Positions 39,181-51,879 of a stretch of 64,000 bases of DNA are shown here, in pieces; position 1 is the stretch's first letter; each line of letters begins with the position of its first letter. Under the pieces are notes generated by a model. It saw only the letters and a program-made list of their open reading frames with translations, was not told the origin of the DNA and searched no databases. This stretch comes from an uncultured bacterium (GTDB taxonomy: Bacteria; Acidobacteriota; HRBIN11; JAKEFK01), in the NCBI GenBank assembly GCA_963777505.1, contig CAVZQN010000004.1, positions 864,001 through 928,000 on the forward strand, in the 5' to 3' direction. A program made the translations under genes and the position numbers.

Positions 39181-40320
39181 ATGGGAATCGTACGGAAGCC
39201 GACGAGAAAAGTAAAAGTAGGATCAGTTTACATCGGTAATAGTTCGCCGATTGCTGTCCAAAGCATGTGTGCGACCCGAACTCAGGATATTGATGCTACG
39301 GTCGAGCAGGCTGAACAGCTCCGAAACGCCGGCGCAGCAATTGTGCGGATTGCCATCGACAGTGATAAAGACGCGGAAGCGTTGAAGGAAGTCCGCCGCC
39401 AGACAAAAGCGACTCTTTCGGTTGATCTTCAAGAAAACTACAGACTCGCATCAAAAATCGCAGCATATGTAGATAAAATCCGTTATAACCCTGGACATCT
39501 GCATCATCACGAAAAGGAAAAGTCGATCCCGCAAAAAGTTGAATGGCTTGCGTCAGTGGCGCGTGATAATGATGTCGCTATCAGAATTGGTGTGAATTGC
39601 GGATCGGTTGCCCCAGAGTTCCTAAAACTTTACTCGGGCGATCAGATGAAAGCACTAATCGAATCAACTGTTTATCACTGCAGTCTTATGGAAGATTTGC
39701 ACTTTGAAAATTATGTGGTCAGTCTGAAAGATTCCGATCCTCAAAAAGTCATTGATGCTAATGAACAATTCAGTAACCGGTTACCGCAAGTCCCTCTTCA
39801 TCTTGGAGTGACTGAGGCAGGCCTTCCACCAGATGGAATCATCAAGACTCGTCTCGCGTTTGAAAAGCTTCTTGCGAAGGGAATTGGTGACACAATTCGA
39901 GTTTCATTGACTCTTCCTAATCCAAGAAAACATGAAGAAGTGATTGTAGGGCAAAAAATTATTGAAGATGTCTATGCCGGACGTTTCATTTCAGTGCCAG
40001 ATTTTGGAAAAGGAATGAATATCATCAGCTGCCCGAGCTGTTCGCGCGTTGAAAACGAAAAATTTGTGGAACTTGCAGAAGAAGTGAAGGCGATGAGTGA
40101 GTATGCAAAAGCGCATCGTTTGACGATCGCTGTTATGGGATGCCGTGTGAATGGTCCCGGAGAAACTGATGATGCGGATCTTGGGCTCTGGTGTGGTCCA
40201 ACGCACGTAAATTTGAAGCGAAGGGCAGAATCTGTAGGTGCCTATACATATGATGAGATTCTTGCCAAATTAAAAGAAGAACTGGATGCTCTAATTGCTT
40301 TGCATGAACCGCAAAGATGA
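39181..40320 (+). CDS. ispG: (E)-4-hydroxy-3-methylbut-2-enyl-diphosphate synthase
   Basis: [50 protein letters not shown]. Confidence 0.95.
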   Translation: MGIVRKPTRKVKVGSVYIGNSSPIAVQSMCATRTQDIDATVEQAEQLRNAGAAIVRIAIDSDKDAEALKEVRRQTKATLSVDLQENYRLASKIAAYVDKIRYNPGHLHHHEKEKSIPQKVEWLASVARDNDVAIRIGVNCGSVAPEFLKLYSGDQMKALIESTVYHCSLMEDLHFENYVVSLKDSDPQKVIDANEQFSNRLPQVPLHLGVTEAGLPPDGIIKTRLAFEKLLAKGIGDTIRVSLTLPNPRKHEEVIVGQKIIEDVYAGRFISVPDFGKGMNIISCPSCSRVENEKFVELAEEVKAMSEYAKAHRLTIAVMGCRVNGPGETDDADLGLWCGPTHVNLKRRAESVGAYTYDEILAKLKEELDALIALHEPQR

Positions 40321-41711
40321 AAAATTCATATAGGCTCATCTTCCTTCTTGTCACTTTCATTCCATTTGTTGCACAGAGCCAGGATAATCTCTCGGAGTTA
40401 AGCCGCTCTTTTGAGGCTCTTTCCCGTCGTGTTGGTCCCGCTGTAGTTCAAGTTTTTGCGACAGGCTACAGTTCGGATGAATCAAGCTTAAGCAGTGAAA
40501 GCTTGCTAACTCGACAACGCAGCAGCGGTTCAGGCGTCATCATCGATCCGGAAGGATATGTCATTACGAATGCGCACGTTGTTCAGGGTGCGCTTCGCGT
40601 TCAGGTCATGTTGAACGCTGGGGCCGATGATGGTTCACCGCGGGAATCAATATTGAAATCCAGAGGGAGGGTTGTTCCTGCAGCAATTTTAGGAATGGAT
40701 TCTGAAACAGATCTTGCGTTGCTTCGAATTGAAGGCGGTAATTTGCCGCATTTGCAATTAGGGGATTCTGATCTGTTAAAACCTGGACAGCTTGTGCTTG
40801 CGTTTGGAAGTCCATTCGGACTTGAAAATTCTGTGACAATGGGTGTTGTTAGCGCAATTGCACGACAGCTACGAGCCGAAGATCCGATGATTTACATTCA
40901 AACAGATGCGCCGATCAACCCTGGGAATAGCGGCGGACCGCTTGTTGATGCGGAAGGACGATTGATGGGCATCAACACTTTCATTTTTACTCAATCCGGC
41001 GGAAATGAAGGTGTTGGATTTGCAGCTCCAGCAAACATTGTAAAAAACGTGGTTCAACAAATCCGTAAAACCGGACGAGTTCGACGTGGTGAAATCGGCG
41101 TCTTAGTGCAAACGATCACTCCTGCACTGGCGAATGGACTTGGACTTGCACAAAACTGGGGAGTGATTGTTAGCGATGTCGTTATGGGAAGTCCGGCTGA
41201 AAAAGCAGGACTTCAAAGCGGCGATCTAATTTTGACGATGGATGGAAAGGTCATGGAAAATGGCCGCCAATTTGATGTGAATTTATATCGACGTTCGGAA
41301 GGTGACACAGTCACCGTTGAATTCTTGCGCGGAGATAAAAAGCAAATCATTGAAATCAATGTCATTTTTCGCGGAGAAGATCTTGATAGCATTCCTGAAT
41401 TAATACGGCCTGAAACAAGTCTAATTGCATCGCTTGGTATTTTCGGTGTAACAATGAACGATCAAATTGCAGAGTTGTTACCCGCGTTAAAGAAGCAATA
41501 TGGTGTTGTTGTTGTGGGTAGAGCTGCTGATGCGCCATATTGGGCGCGTGAATTCAGGACAGGCGATGTGATTCATACAATGAATGGCAAATTCATTACG
41601 TCTGTGGAACAACTCCGATCCATTATGGACAATCTACGCGCTGGTTCACCGGTCGCTCTTCAAGTCGAACGCCGTTCCCGCCTTTTCTATGTCTCCTTCG
41701 AAGTAGAGTAA
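40317..41711 (+). CDS. DegP/HtrA serine protease with two PDZ domains
   Basis: [26 protein letters not shown]; two PDZ domains. Confidence 0.9.
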   Translation: MKNSYRLIFLLVTFIPFVAQSQDNLSELSRSFEALSRRVGPAVVQVFATGYSSDESSLSSESLLTRQRSSGSGVIIDPEGYVITNAHVVQGALRVQVMLNAGADDGSPRESILKSRGRVVPAAILGMDSETDLALLRIEGGNLPHLQLGDSDLLKPGQLVLAFGSPFGLENSVTMGVVSAIARQLRAEDPMIYIQTDAPINPGNSGGPLVDAEGRLMGINTFIFTQSGGNEGVGFAAPANIVKNVVQQIRKTGRVRRGEIGVLVQTITPALANGLGLAQNWGVIVSDVVMGSPAEKAGLQSGDLILTMDGKVMENGRQFDVNLYRRSEGDTVTVEFLRGDKKQIIEINVIFRGEDLDSIPELIRPETSLIASLGIFGVTMNDQIAELLPALKKQYGVVVVGRAADAPYWAREFRTGDVIHTMNGKFITSVEQLRSIMDNLRAGSPVALQVERRSRLFYVSFEVE

Positions 41712-41726
41712 TTGTCAAAGACTGTC

Positions 41727-41896
41727 GTAGCTCCGCGGATAGGCAGGGGAGAAGGGGAGCTGGGGAGAAAGGGAGAATTTAAAGGTTAAGGTTTTTGTAG
41801 CTGCGCACAAAGAATGTGCATAGCTACACCAACTTCAATGTGCCACTCACCCCTGCTCCCTTTCTCCCCTGCCCCCCTGCATATGCGCGAAGCTAC
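41727..41896. repeat. 170-bp GTAGCT-ended nested inverted-repeat element (copy 1)
   Basis: GTAGCTCCGCG...polypurine arm...central GTAGCT..AGCTAC hairpin...polypyrimidine arm...GCGCGAAGCTAC; homolog at 57243-57412. Confidence 0.75.
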
Positions 41897-41920
41897 AGAA
41901 AAAATGTGATGCAAATGCGG

Positions 41921-42328
41921 TTATTCTCCGCACATTTTCATTAATAGCTTCCATTGAGCATCATTAACAGGCATGACTGAAAGACGAGGCAGGCGGGTCA
42001 ATGCAAAATCGGCGAAATCTTTCCGGGCTTTAACTTCTGCAAGCGTTGGATGCTTCTTAAAACGCTTAATTGCTTTGATATCAACCACACTCAACTTTTC
42101 GTTCTTTTGCTTCGGATCAGGATATGCTTCACGAATCGCTTCAGCTAAGCCGATAATCGCCTTTTCTTCGCCTGTGTGGTAAATCAAAATCTTATCGCCC
42201 TTTTTTATGCTGCGAATATTTCTCAGCGCGACAGGATTGCTAACGCCATCCCATGTGGTTTGTTTATCTTGTTCCAGATCATCGTAACCATACGTTTCCG
42301 GGTCGGATTTAAAAAGCCAATACGCCAT
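41921..42328 (-). CDS. EVE domain protein
   Basis: MAYWLFKSDP, WDGV, YHTG, RLSVMPV. Confidence 0.85.
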   Translation of the reverse strand: MAYWLFKSDPETYGYDDLEQDKQTTWDGVSNPVALRNIRSIKKGDKILIYHTGEEKAIIGLAEAIREAYPDPKQKNEKLSVVDIKAIKRFKKHPTLAEVKARKDFADFALTRLPRLSVMPVNDAQWKLLMKMCGE

Positions 42329-42338
42329 TTTTATTACC

Positions 42339-43091
42339 TCAAGTCTTTTTTGCTTTGCCTTGACCAGCGACTGCATCCATTGCTTTTTTAATTTCTTCTT
42401 GATCGCCTAAATAGTAATGCCGAATCGGTTTCAACGAAGTATCAAGCTCATAGATAAGTGGCACTCCCGTAGGAATGTTCAAACTCACTATGTCTTCATC
42501 TGAAACATTGTCTAGATACTTCACAAGCGCACGCAAACTATTTCCGTGTGCAGCAATAATGACTCGCCTTCCGCTTTTCACCACCGGCGCAATTTGCTCA
42601 TGCCAATACGGAAGGAATCGAGCGACTGTATCTTTTAGGCTTTCAGTTTTCGGCAATTCATCACCGGAAAGGCCTGCATAACGAGAATCATGTCCAGGCC
42701 AGCGTTCATCCGATTCTTCCAGAACTGGCGGACGTATATCGTAACTACGTCTCCATATATGGACTTGTTCATCGCCATATTTTGTAGCCGTTTCAGCTTT
42801 GTTTAATCCCTGTAATGCTCCGTAATGCCGCTCATTTAATTTCCACGAATGATGAATAGGAATCCACATTAAATCCATTTCATCCAGAACGATCCAAAGC
42901 GTGCGGATGGCTCGCTTCAAAACTGAAGTAAAAGAAACATCGAAAACAAATCCATCTTGTTTTAAAAGTTGACCAGAACGGTGGGCTTCTTGTACCCCTT
43001 TTTCAGAAAGGTCTACATCAGTCCAGCCTGTAAAGCGGTTCTCTTTGTTCCAAGTGCTTTCACCATGCCGCAATAAAACCAGTCTGAACAT
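42339..43091 (-). CDS. gpmA: 2,3-bisphosphoglycerate-dependent phosphoglycerate mutase
   Basis: [37 protein letters not shown]. Confidence 0.97.
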   Translation of the reverse strand: MFRLVLLRHGESTWNKENRFTGWTDVDLSEKGVQEAHRSGQLLKQDGFVFDVSFTSVLKRAIRTLWIVLDEMDLMWIPIHHSWKLNERHYGALQGLNKAETATKYGDEQVHIWRRSYDIRPPVLEESDERWPGHDSRYAGLSGDELPKTESLKDTVARFLPYWHEQIAPVVKSGRRVIIAAHGNSLRALVKYLDNVSDEDIVSLNIPTGVPLIYELDTSLKPIRHYYLGDQEEIKKAMDAVAGQGKAKKT

Positions 43092-43123
43092 AACTTCCTC
43101 CCTTTAAGACTCTGCGGTTTAAT

Positions 43124-44452
<1,329 letters not shown>

Positions 44453-44498
44453 CTAGCATAGTTTTGCATGCATGTTGATAATGAGGCACTCAAGTTCT

Positions 44499-44527
44499 TT
44501 GACTTGAAAAAAGTGGGCACCTATACT
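44499..44527 (+). promoter_or_regulatory. sigma70-type promoter of lon
   Basis: TTGACT-17 bp-TATACT, about 85 bp upstream of the lon ATG. Confidence 0.6.
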
Positions 44528-44611
44528 TATGTGGTACCAGCAAAATTGTGGCAGGGGAATTAATCCCGTACAATGGAACCACGTTAAGCTGGTTAAGAGA
44601 GGTTACAGAAA

Positions 44612-47041
44612 ATGAAAAATGCGAAGAATAAAAAAGTAAATATTCCGGACATTATTTCCGTACTGCCATTACGAGATGCAGTATTGTATCCGGAATTGAT
44701 GATACCTCTTGTTGTAGGGCGGGATCGCTCTGTAAAGCTAATTGAAGACTCGTTAAAAACAGACAATATCATTGGACTCGTAACTCAGAAGGATCCAAAA
44801 ATCGAAGAGCCGAAGACTGAAGATTTATATTCGCTTGGAACTACGGCTTTGATCACTAAAATGATCCGTATGCCTGATAGCACCCTGAGAGTGATCGTGC
44901 AAGGATTATCCCGTTTTCGGGTCGAATCATTTTTACAAACGGCTCCTTATTATGTCGCAAAGGTCGACATTATCGATGAGCCGGATGACAAGAGTATTGA
45001 AATTGACGCTCTTGTGATGAACGCCAAAAAGCTGTTCAAAAAACTTAGCGAGATGGCCAGCTATTTATCTTCCGATTTGGCTTCCGTAATCGTAAATATG
45101 GAGACTGCAGGGAAGCTTGCCGATTTAATCGCTTCAAGTCTCAAAATCTCCACGGAAGAAAAACAGGAAGTACTCGAAGCGATCTCAATGAAAGAACGGC
45201 TGGAGAAAGTCAATCTTTTATTGAATAAAGAAATTAACATTCTCGAAATTGGGAACAAAATTCAGTCACAGGTTAAAGGTGAAATTGATAAAACTCAGCG
45301 TGAGTATTATCTACGGGAACAAAAGAAAGCAATCGAAAAGGAATTAGGCGAAGGTGATGAACGCGGAATGGAAGTCGAAGAATTCCGCGAAAAAATCGAA
45401 AAGGCAAAAATGCCTGCCGATGTAAAAAAGGTTGCAGAAAAAGAATTAAAGCGTCTTTCTAAAATGCATCCTGCATCTGCAGAATATTCAGTCTGCAGAA
45501 CCTATCTCGAAGTGCTTGTTGAATTACCCTGGATGACTGGAACAGAAGATAACCTCGATGTAAAAATGGCAGCCGAGGTTTTGAATGAAGATCATTACGA
45601 TCTCGAAAAAGTCAAAAAACGACTTCTAGAATATCTTGCGGTACGTCAGTTAAAAGCTGATATGAGAGGGCCGATCCTGTGCTTTGTTGGACCTCCCGGC
45701 GTTGGTAAAACTTCGTTAGGACGTTCCATTGCAAGAGCACTTGGACGCAAATTTATTCGAATTTCGCTGGGCGGCGTCCGTGATGAAGCAGAAATTCGCG
45801 GACATCGCAGAACTTATGTGGGCGCATTACCCGGCCGCATCATTCAAAGCATAAAGAAGGTTGGTTCACACAATCCCATTTTCATGCTGGATGAAGTCGA
45901 TAAGATCGGTACGGATTTTCGTGGCGACCCGTCTTCAGCATTGCTTGAAGTATTGGATCCTGAACAAAATTTCGCATTCTCGGATCACTATCTTGAAGTG
46001 CCATTCGATTTGTCGAAAGTAATGTTCATTGCAACAGCGAACTTGCTCGATCCAATTCCAGCTCCGTTGCAAGATAGAATGGAAGTCATTGAGATTCCAG
46101 GCTATACCGATGAAGATAAGCTGCGAATTGCGACTAATTTTTTGATTCCAAAGCAACGTAGCGAACATGGCTTGAATGAAGAGCAAATTGTTTTTGAAGA
46201 AACTGCAGTGAAGGAAATTATCCGAAACTATACGCGAGAAGCAGGCGTACGTAATCTCGAACGTGAGATTGCAACAATCTGCCGCGGTACAGCGAAAGAA
46301 ATCGTGGAAGGCACGATTCAAAAGTCTGTGATCACTCCGGAGATTGTCAGCAAATATCTCGGACCGATTAAGTTCTTTTCCGAAGTTGCGGAAAGAACAG
46401 CGGTTCCTGGAGTTGCAACTGGTTTAGCATGGACTGCTTTTGGCGGTGACATTCTATTTGTGGAAGCGAGCAAGATGAAAGGAAAGCGAACTCTTTCACT
46501 CACCGGACATCTTGGGGATGTCATGAAGGAATCGGCACAAGCTGCATTGAGCTACCTCAGGTCGAAAGCGAAAGAATGGGGTATTCAAGAAGATTTCTTT
46601 GAAGAATATGACATTCACGTTCACGTTCCTGCCGGTGCTCAACCGAAGGACGGTCCATCTGCCGGCGTAACACTGTTTGTTGCGATGTTTTCAATGTTAA
46701 CTGGAAGACCGGTTAACAATGATGTGGCAATGACAGGTGAAATTACGTTACGTGGCGCAGTGCTTCCTGTTGGCGGTATTAAAGAAAAAGTTCTGGCTGC
46801 AAAACGAGCAGGATTAAAGAAAGTGATTCTGCCGGATCGCAATCAGAAAGATCTTGATGATGTGCCAGCAAATGTACGCGAAGGAATGGAATTCCTCTTC
46901 ATTAAGCGTGTAGATGAAATCGTTGACCTCGCACTTGCTCCAAAGCCGGGTGAAGAAGTCCCTGTTCCGCCAAAAGAAGAGGGACCAAAACTCGAGCCGG
47001 GAAATTATGCCCGCTTAGCGAGCGACGAACGACCTAATTAA
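44612..47041 (+). CDS. lon: ATP-dependent protease La
   Basis: [35 protein letters not shown]. Confidence 0.97.
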   Translation: MKNAKNKKVNIPDIISVLPLRDAVLYPELMIPLVVGRDRSVKLIEDSLKTDNIIGLVTQKDPKIEEPKTEDLYSLGTTALITKMIRMPDSTLRVIVQGLSRFRVESFLQTAPYYVAKVDIIDEPDDKSIEIDALVMNAKKLFKKLSEMASYLSSDLASVIVNMETAGKLADLIASSLKISTEEKQEVLEAISMKERLEKVNLLLNKEINILEIGNKIQSQVKGEIDKTQREYYLREQKKAIEKELGEGDERGMEVEEFREKIEKAKMPADVKKVAEKELKRLSKMHPASAEYSVCRTYLEVLVELPWMTGTEDNLDVKMAAEVLNEDHYDLEKVKKRLLEYLAVRQLKADMRGPILCFVGPPGVGKTSLGRSIARALGRKFIRISLGGVRDEAEIRGHRRTYVGALPGRIIQSIKKVGSHNPIFMLDEVDKIGTDFRGDPSSALLEVLDPEQNFAFSDHYLEVPFDLSKVMFIATANLLDPIPAPLQDRMEVIEIPGYTDEDKLRIATNFLIPKQRSEHGLNEEQIVFEETAVKEIIRNYTREAGVRNLEREIATICRGTAKEIVEGTIQKSVITPEIVSKYLGPIKFFSEVAERTAVPGVATGLAWTAFGGDILFVEASKMKGKRTLSLTGHLGDVMKESAQAALSYLRSKAKEWGIQEDFFEEYDIHVHVPAGAQPKDGPSAGVTLFVAMFSMLTGRPVNNDVAMTGEITLRGAVLPVGGIKEKVLAAKRAGLKKVILPDRNQKDLDDVPANVREGMEFLFIKRVDEIVDLALAPKPGEEVPVPPKEEGPKLEPGNYARLASDERPN

Positions 47042-47056
47042 GTCCAACCATCTATG

Positions 47057-47084
47057 AAAAAGGCGGCATCCGTGCCGCCTTTTT
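47057..47084 (+). terminator. intrinsic terminator after lon
   Basis: AAAAAGGCGGCA-TCCG-TGCCGCCTTTTT. Confidence 0.8.
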
Positions 47085-47123
47085 CTGTTTCTAGATAGCT
47101 CTTCGTGTCTCTGCGGTTAGAAT

Positions 47124-47924
47124 ATGCAGATGCATTCATTGTGGAACAATGCTATTGAGGCTCCATGGTTTATTGACATTTATCTTTTCCTGGTTGGTTT
47201 AGTGATTGGCTCATTTCTGAATGTTTGTATTCATCGTCTTCCATTAAAACAATCGATTGTTCATCCACGCTCGCAATGTCCTCATTGCAAAACACCAATC
47301 CGTTGGTATCACAATATTCCGCTTTTGAGTTATATATTTCTGCTCGGGCGATGTTCCACCTGCAAGGCCCGAATTTCACCTCTTTATCCCTTTGTCGAAC
47401 TAACTACAGCAATTCTCATCGTGCTGCTTTGGCGCAGGTTTGGAGCAACAATCCCATTTCTGATTTACACGATCTTTGCCTGCATCATGATGGTTCTAAT
47501 ATTTATTGATTACTATCACCAAATTCTGCCTCATCGAATCACATTTCCAGGGATCGTGTTAGGGTTCGCAAGTTCATTTGTAAATCCATACGTAAAACCA
47601 ATCGAATCTGCTCTTGGAATTTTAGTCGGCGGATTACTTCCATTAATCGTTCTGTTTGCCTATAAATGGATCCGTAAAAAGGAAGGCCTGGGACATGGCG
47701 ATGTTTTTATGCTTGCACTCATCGGCGCATTTCTTGGCTGGCGTCAGGTGCTTGTCGTACTTTTCCTTTCTTCACTTGTTGGTTCAATCATTGGACTCTT
47801 TATCATTCTTGTGTGGAAAAAAGGGTCCGATTTTGCTTTGCCATATGGGACATTTCTTGGAGCGGCTGCATTATTTGCGGTTTTTTTCGGAAGATTTCTC
47901 TGGTTGGCCTATTTTAATCTTTAG
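47124..47924 (+). CDS. pilD: prepilin peptidase/N-methyltransferase (A24)
   Basis: GSFLNVCIHRLP, CPHC, CSTC, GLGHGD, PYGTFL. Confidence 0.9.
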   Translation: MQMHSLWNNAIEAPWFIDIYLFLVGLVIGSFLNVCIHRLPLKQSIVHPRSQCPHCKTPIRWYHNIPLLSYIFLLGRCSTCKARISPLYPFVELTTAILIVLLWRRFGATIPFLIYTIFACIMMVLIFIDYYHQILPHRITFPGIVLGFASSFVNPYVKPIESALGILVGGLLPLIVLFAYKWIRKKEGLGHGDVFMLALIGAFLGWRQVLVVLFLSSLVGSIIGLFIILVWKKGSDFALPYGTFLGAAALFAVFFGRFLWLAYFNL

Positions 47925-47927
47925 AAA

Positions 47928-48000
47928 GTAGGGGCGGCCTTTGTGGCCGCCCGATGAAACTTAACCATGACACAACGGGCGGGCACAAGGCCCGCCCTAC
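47928..48000. repeat. GTAG-type REPIN (inverted REP pair)
   Basis: GTAGGGGCGGCCTTTGTGGCCGCCC ... GGGCGGGCACAAGGCCCGCCCTAC. Confidence 0.8.
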
Positions 48001-48011
48001 TGAGAACTAAA

Positions 48012-48680
48012 ATGAAAACTCTGCTATTAATTTTTGCTCTTTTGTTTTCAAGATCCGTTCATGCACAAGAACTTGAGTTCCGGTTCATCGGGAACATGGC
48101 ATTTTCTATCACCGATGGAAAAGTAACGATGTTTACGGATTTCCCTTATGAGTCTGGCGCATTTGATTACATGAAATACGATCTAAAGACCATTCAGATT
48201 CCAGAAAATAGTTTTACCCTGATTACGCATGGACATTTGGATCATTGGGAACCGAAGATATTTCAACAATTGAAGAATTTAAAAGTAATTGGACCACCCG
48301 ATGTAACCAAAGGAATTGATTCTGCACGAATTGTGCCGCTGAAGGATATGACCGCTGAATATCAAGGAATCAAGATTGAGGCGATTGAGACGCCACACGT
48401 ACCCAATCTCAAACACTATTCCTACATCGTTACGTGGCATGGAATCAGAATGTACTTTACGGGTGATACGGAAGATACAGGAGCATTGCTGAACGCTAAG
48501 AAGCTTGATGTTGCGTTTATCTCACCGTGGCTTTCTCGGAAGTTATTGAAGGATGGAACTGGCGTTGACGCAAAGAAGATCGTGATTTATCACCATGCCG
48601 AAGGTGAAAAAGTTCCAGTGCCGAAAAATGGTGTCGTTCCCAAACAAGGTGAAACGTATCGATTGCCGTTTAAGGATTAA
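48012..48680 (+). CDS. secreted metallo-beta-lactamase-fold hydrolase
   Basis: Signal peptide MKTLLL...VHA; THGHLDH; YFTGDT. Confidence 0.75.
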   Translation: MKTLLLIFALLFSRSVHAQELEFRFIGNMAFSITDGKVTMFTDFPYESGAFDYMKYDLKTIQIPENSFTLITHGHLDHWEPKIFQQLKNLKVIGPPDVTKGIDSARIVPLKDMTAEYQGIKIEAIETPHVPNLKHYSYIVTWHGIRMYFTGDTEDTGALLNAKKLDVAFISPWLSRKLLKDGTGVDAKKIVIYHHAEGEKVPVPKNGVVPKQGETYRLPFKD

Positions 48681-48682
48681 TT

Positions 48683-50272
48683 TCAGTAGTTTCGTTTTAA
48701 TTGCCAGCGGTGGAAAGATTCGGCTGCAATAAAAAATCCAGCAGAAATTGCGGCATAAATGGCAACGATGGATGGCGTAGTCTGATTAAACCATCCTGCA
48801 AAATCGAATGATGCGGTATGGCCCTTATCATTCATTACTAGATACAAAAAGAAAAGAAAGATCACAATAAATGTTTTCGGATTGGTTGTCAGAATCCCTA
48901 ATGCCGTAGCTGCCGCTGCTGCAAATAATGTCCCGCCAATTACGGCAAGTGCGCTAAAGGGTTGTATGAAGAGAAGTTTTAAGATTGCGATCCACGTAAA
49001 TGCTAGCGCCAGCAAAACCGCGCTGCTTAACTTCCATAACACAAAATTCTGGCGTAATTTGGGTGCCGAAAAAATCACAGGAAGAGTTCCTGAACTTTTT
49101 TCACGTGTTGCAAGATCAGAAAGCACCAAGACCATTGCGGCAAAAGCAAGTGGAAGTTTGTTTTGAATTCCAGCCGGCGAAAGGATCGCAAACCAAATCG
49201 TGAAGAACGCAATCAGCACAGCGCCAGCGGGGTAAATCTGCAGAGCCAGCAGGACTTCAGAAATCACTGAGCGAATAAACGAGGGCTTACCTCCAACCGT
49301 GGTGAGTTTTAAGGCAGGTGCTGTTAAAAGCGCTGCAATTGGCTTCATCAGCGCGTTGATTTTGGCAGGGATGCCTTGCCGTACTCTCTTTGATGTTGCC
49401 TTAATCCGATCAGGATTAAACCGATGAAATCGTACAAGTGATATTAACAACAATGGCAATGGATACAATAATGAACTGAGACGTGGAAGGATCCATTCGC
49501 GTTTGAACACAATTCCTGAAATTACAAACGGCGGCTTAGTTTTATCATATGGTGAACTCCCGATAGACAAACCGGAAACACCTGCGATCGTTCGCGTTTG
49601 CTCGATCAGATAACCCATTCCCATTGAATCGACATAAGATCCTGCGTTCGGATAACCTTTTTTCTCTGATCCGATTGCGCCGACTGAGAGAACCGTAAGC
49701 CAAACAGCAAAGTACAACACATCGCCAAATTTACCGGACAAAAATCGGATCGATTCAAACACGATAGCAATCGTTGAAACAAAAATAATTAATGGGGGAA
49801 TCATGACAGCATAGTAGGCAAGGAAGATAAAAGGTTCGATCGGTCCTTCACCGCGGATTAATTGCATAATGATGCTGCTTATAAGAAAACCAAACGAGAG
49901 TGCAGTCAAAAACAAAACATTTCCCGCGAACTTTCCAATCAAATATTCACTGTTCTTCAGGGTTGTTGATGCAAGAATGAATCCTGTGCGCGTTTGAATA
50001 TCTTTTTTAATCGAATTGCTTACGAGATAGTATCCAAACAATCCCATCATTAACGTGAATATTGTGGAAGTGCCGATCGCGAGGGCCGATGAATTGTAGA
50101 GTGCACGTTGCTCGTTCAGTTGGATCAGTGCCTTTCCGCTGGAAGGATCGGGTATCCAGAGATAGGCGGCTACGCATAAGATTAAAAAAATTACAGCGGT
50201 CGATGCTTTGCGAAAGCGCAGCAAAAAGTCCGTTTTAATTACGGCAACGATCCGTTGGAATCTTTCGCTCAT
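48683..50272 (-). CDS. ABC-2-type transporter permease
   Basis: Multiple TM helices, YLIGKF; overlaps the ATPase gene. Confidence 0.7.
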   Translation of the reverse strand: MSERFQRIVAVIKTDFLLRFRKASTAVIFLILCVAAYLWIPDPSSGKALIQLNEQRALYNSSALAIGTSTIFTLMMGLFGYYLVSNSIKKDIQTRTGFILASTTLKNSEYLIGKFAGNVLFLTALSFGFLISSIIMQLIRGEGPIEPFIFLAYYAVMIPPLIIFVSTIAIVFESIRFLSGKFGDVLYFAVWLTVLSVGAIGSEKKGYPNAGSYVDSMGMGYLIEQTRTIAGVSGLSIGSSPYDKTKPPFVISGIVFKREWILPRLSSLLYPLPLLLISLVRFHRFNPDRIKATSKRVRQGIPAKINALMKPIAALLTAPALKLTTVGGKPSFIRSVISEVLLALQIYPAGAVLIAFFTIWFAILSPAGIQNKLPLAFAAMVLVLSDLATREKSSGTLPVIFSAPKLRQNFVLWKLSSAVLLALAFTWIAILKLLFIQPFSALAVIGGTLFAAAAATALGILTTNPKTFIVIFLFFLYLVMNDKGHTASFDFAGWFNQTTPSIVAIYAAISAGFFIAAESFHRWQLKRNY

Positions 50273-51150
50273 ACTCGTTCAAGCTGATTTGTAGAGTCTT
50301 CCATTGCGAGCAAGAAGGCTTCTTCTAAGGCTGGTTCAACTGGCAATGCGGTCGAATGTGGAATCATAGCGCTTACGATACGAAGATGAACGCCGTCCGG
50401 TCTGCGGACAGCTCCTGAAATTTTCAACGTTCTGCGCATTTTCTCAAATTCATCAGAGGAAACAACAACTTCCCAAACACATCGTTCTGCGGATTTCAAC
50501 AAATCTTCAGGTGCAGCAAAAATCACGAGTCCACCGTTTTTCATGATTGCAATTTCTGTAGCAATCGATTCAATATCAGAAACGATGTGTGTAGAAAGTA
50601 TGACCAATTTGCTATGACCCAGATCGGTCAAAATATTGCGGAATCGCACGCGTTCTTCGGGATCCAATCCAGCTGTTGGTTCATCCACAATTAATAATTC
50701 CGGATCGTTAATTAAGGCTTGGGCGATGCCGAGTCTTTGTTTCATCCCTCCGGAAAACCCTCCTACCGCGCGCTTTGCGACAGTATGAAGATTCACCATC
50801 TCAAGCATTTCTTGTACCTTTGTGCGTGAATGAACTCCTTTCAACGAAGCAAAATAACTGAGAAATTCAAATGCGGTAAGGTTTTCATAAATTCCAAAAT
50901 CTTGTGGTAAATAACCAAGACGGCTTCGCAAAAATTCCGGATGTCGAACGATGTCAGTATCTTGAAAAAGGATTGTTCCTGTTGTGGGGCGTGTAATGGT
51001 TGCGATCATCTGCATCAGTGTGGTTTTGCCGGCACCGTTTGGCCCCAACAAACCGAGTACACCGTTACGCGCAGAAAGTGTAAAATCTTTCACGCCATAG
51101 TTTCCGGCGGAAAAACGTTTTGATACGTTTTCTATTTGAAGGACGTTCAT
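50269..51150 (-). CDS. ABC transporter ATP-binding protein
   Basis: GPNGAGKT, FSGGMKQR, VDEPT, STH. Confidence 0.93.
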   Translation of the reverse strand: MNVLQIENVSKRFSAGNYGVKDFTLSARNGVLGLLGPNGAGKTTLMQMIATITRPTTGTILFQDTDIVRHPEFLRSRLGYLPQDFGIYENLTAFEFLSYFASLKGVHSRTKVQEMLEMVNLHTVAKRAVGGFSGGMKQRLGIAQALINDPELLIVDEPTAGLDPEERVRFRNILTDLGHSKLVILSTHIVSDIESIATEIAIMKNGGLVIFAAPEDLLKSAERCVWEVVVSSDEFEKMRRTLKISGAVRRPDGVHLRIVSAMIPHSTALPVEPALEEAFLLAMEDSTNQLERV

Positions 51151-51231
51151 AGATTTTTCCTCGTGCAATTAATAGATCATACGCCCGAAACTGTTTTTGG
51201 TTCATAAAACTCATTTCCGGAGGTGATTCTA

Positions 51232-51804
51232 ATGGATCGTTGTCCATGGCCCGCAAAAGATCCGCTTATGGTCGAGTATCACGATAAAGAGTGGGGAACA
51301 CCACTCCATGATGACAGAAAGATTTTTGAATTTTTGGTGCTTGAAGGTGTGCAAGCTGGTTTAAGCTGGCAAATCGTTTTAAGGAAGCGTGAGAATTATC
51401 GAAAAGCATGTCATGATTTTGATCCTGTTCGGATTTCAAAGTATGGCGCAAGAGACATAAAGCGATTGCTGAATGATGCTGGGATCATACGGAACCGTTT
51501 AAAGATCGAAGCAATGATCACGAACGCGAAAAAGTTTTTAGAAGTTCAAAAAGAATTTGGGACATTCGATAAATACATCTGGGGATTTGTTGGAGGTCGT
51601 CCAATTCAGAATAATTTCACAAGTTTGTCACAGTTGCCTGCAACATCAAAAGAATCAGATGCTTTAAGTAAGGATCTAAAATCGCGTGGATTCAAATTTG
51701 TGGGTTCGACGATCGTGTACGCTCATATGCAAGCGACCGGAATGGTGAACGATCACATTGTAGAGTGCTTCCGTCACAAGCAGCTAACCAAAAAGAAAAA
51801 ATAG
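51232..51804 (+). CDS. tag: DNA-3-methyladenine glycosylase I
   Basis: RCPW, YHDKEWG, QAGLSW, IIRNRLKI, GFKFVG, VNDH. Confidence 0.93.
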   Translation: MDRCPWPAKDPLMVEYHDKEWGTPLHDDRKIFEFLVLEGVQAGLSWQIVLRKRENYRKACHDFDPVRISKYGARDIKRLLNDAGIIRNRLKIEAMITNAKKFLEVQKEFGTFDKYIWGFVGGRPIQNNFTSLSQLPATSKESDALSKDLKSRGFKFVGSTIVYAHMQATGMVNDHIVECFRHKQLTKKKK

Positions 51805-51879
51805 CAAGGTCTTTTCTAACGCAGAGTGCGCCGAGTTTAAAATTAATGACTCTGCGTCCTCGGCGTTAAATATTCTTTC

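Noticed and set aside
44484-44510. CIRCE (HrcA) operator upstream of lon
   Set aside because: Only a partial GCACTC half-site; the matching GAGTGC arm is absent
47967-48011. N-terminal extensions in the ORF track (also 55693-55746, 35492-35647, 53564-53776, 39040-39156)
   Set aside because: They run through REP elements or neighbouring genes; downstream starts fit signal peptides or family N-termini better
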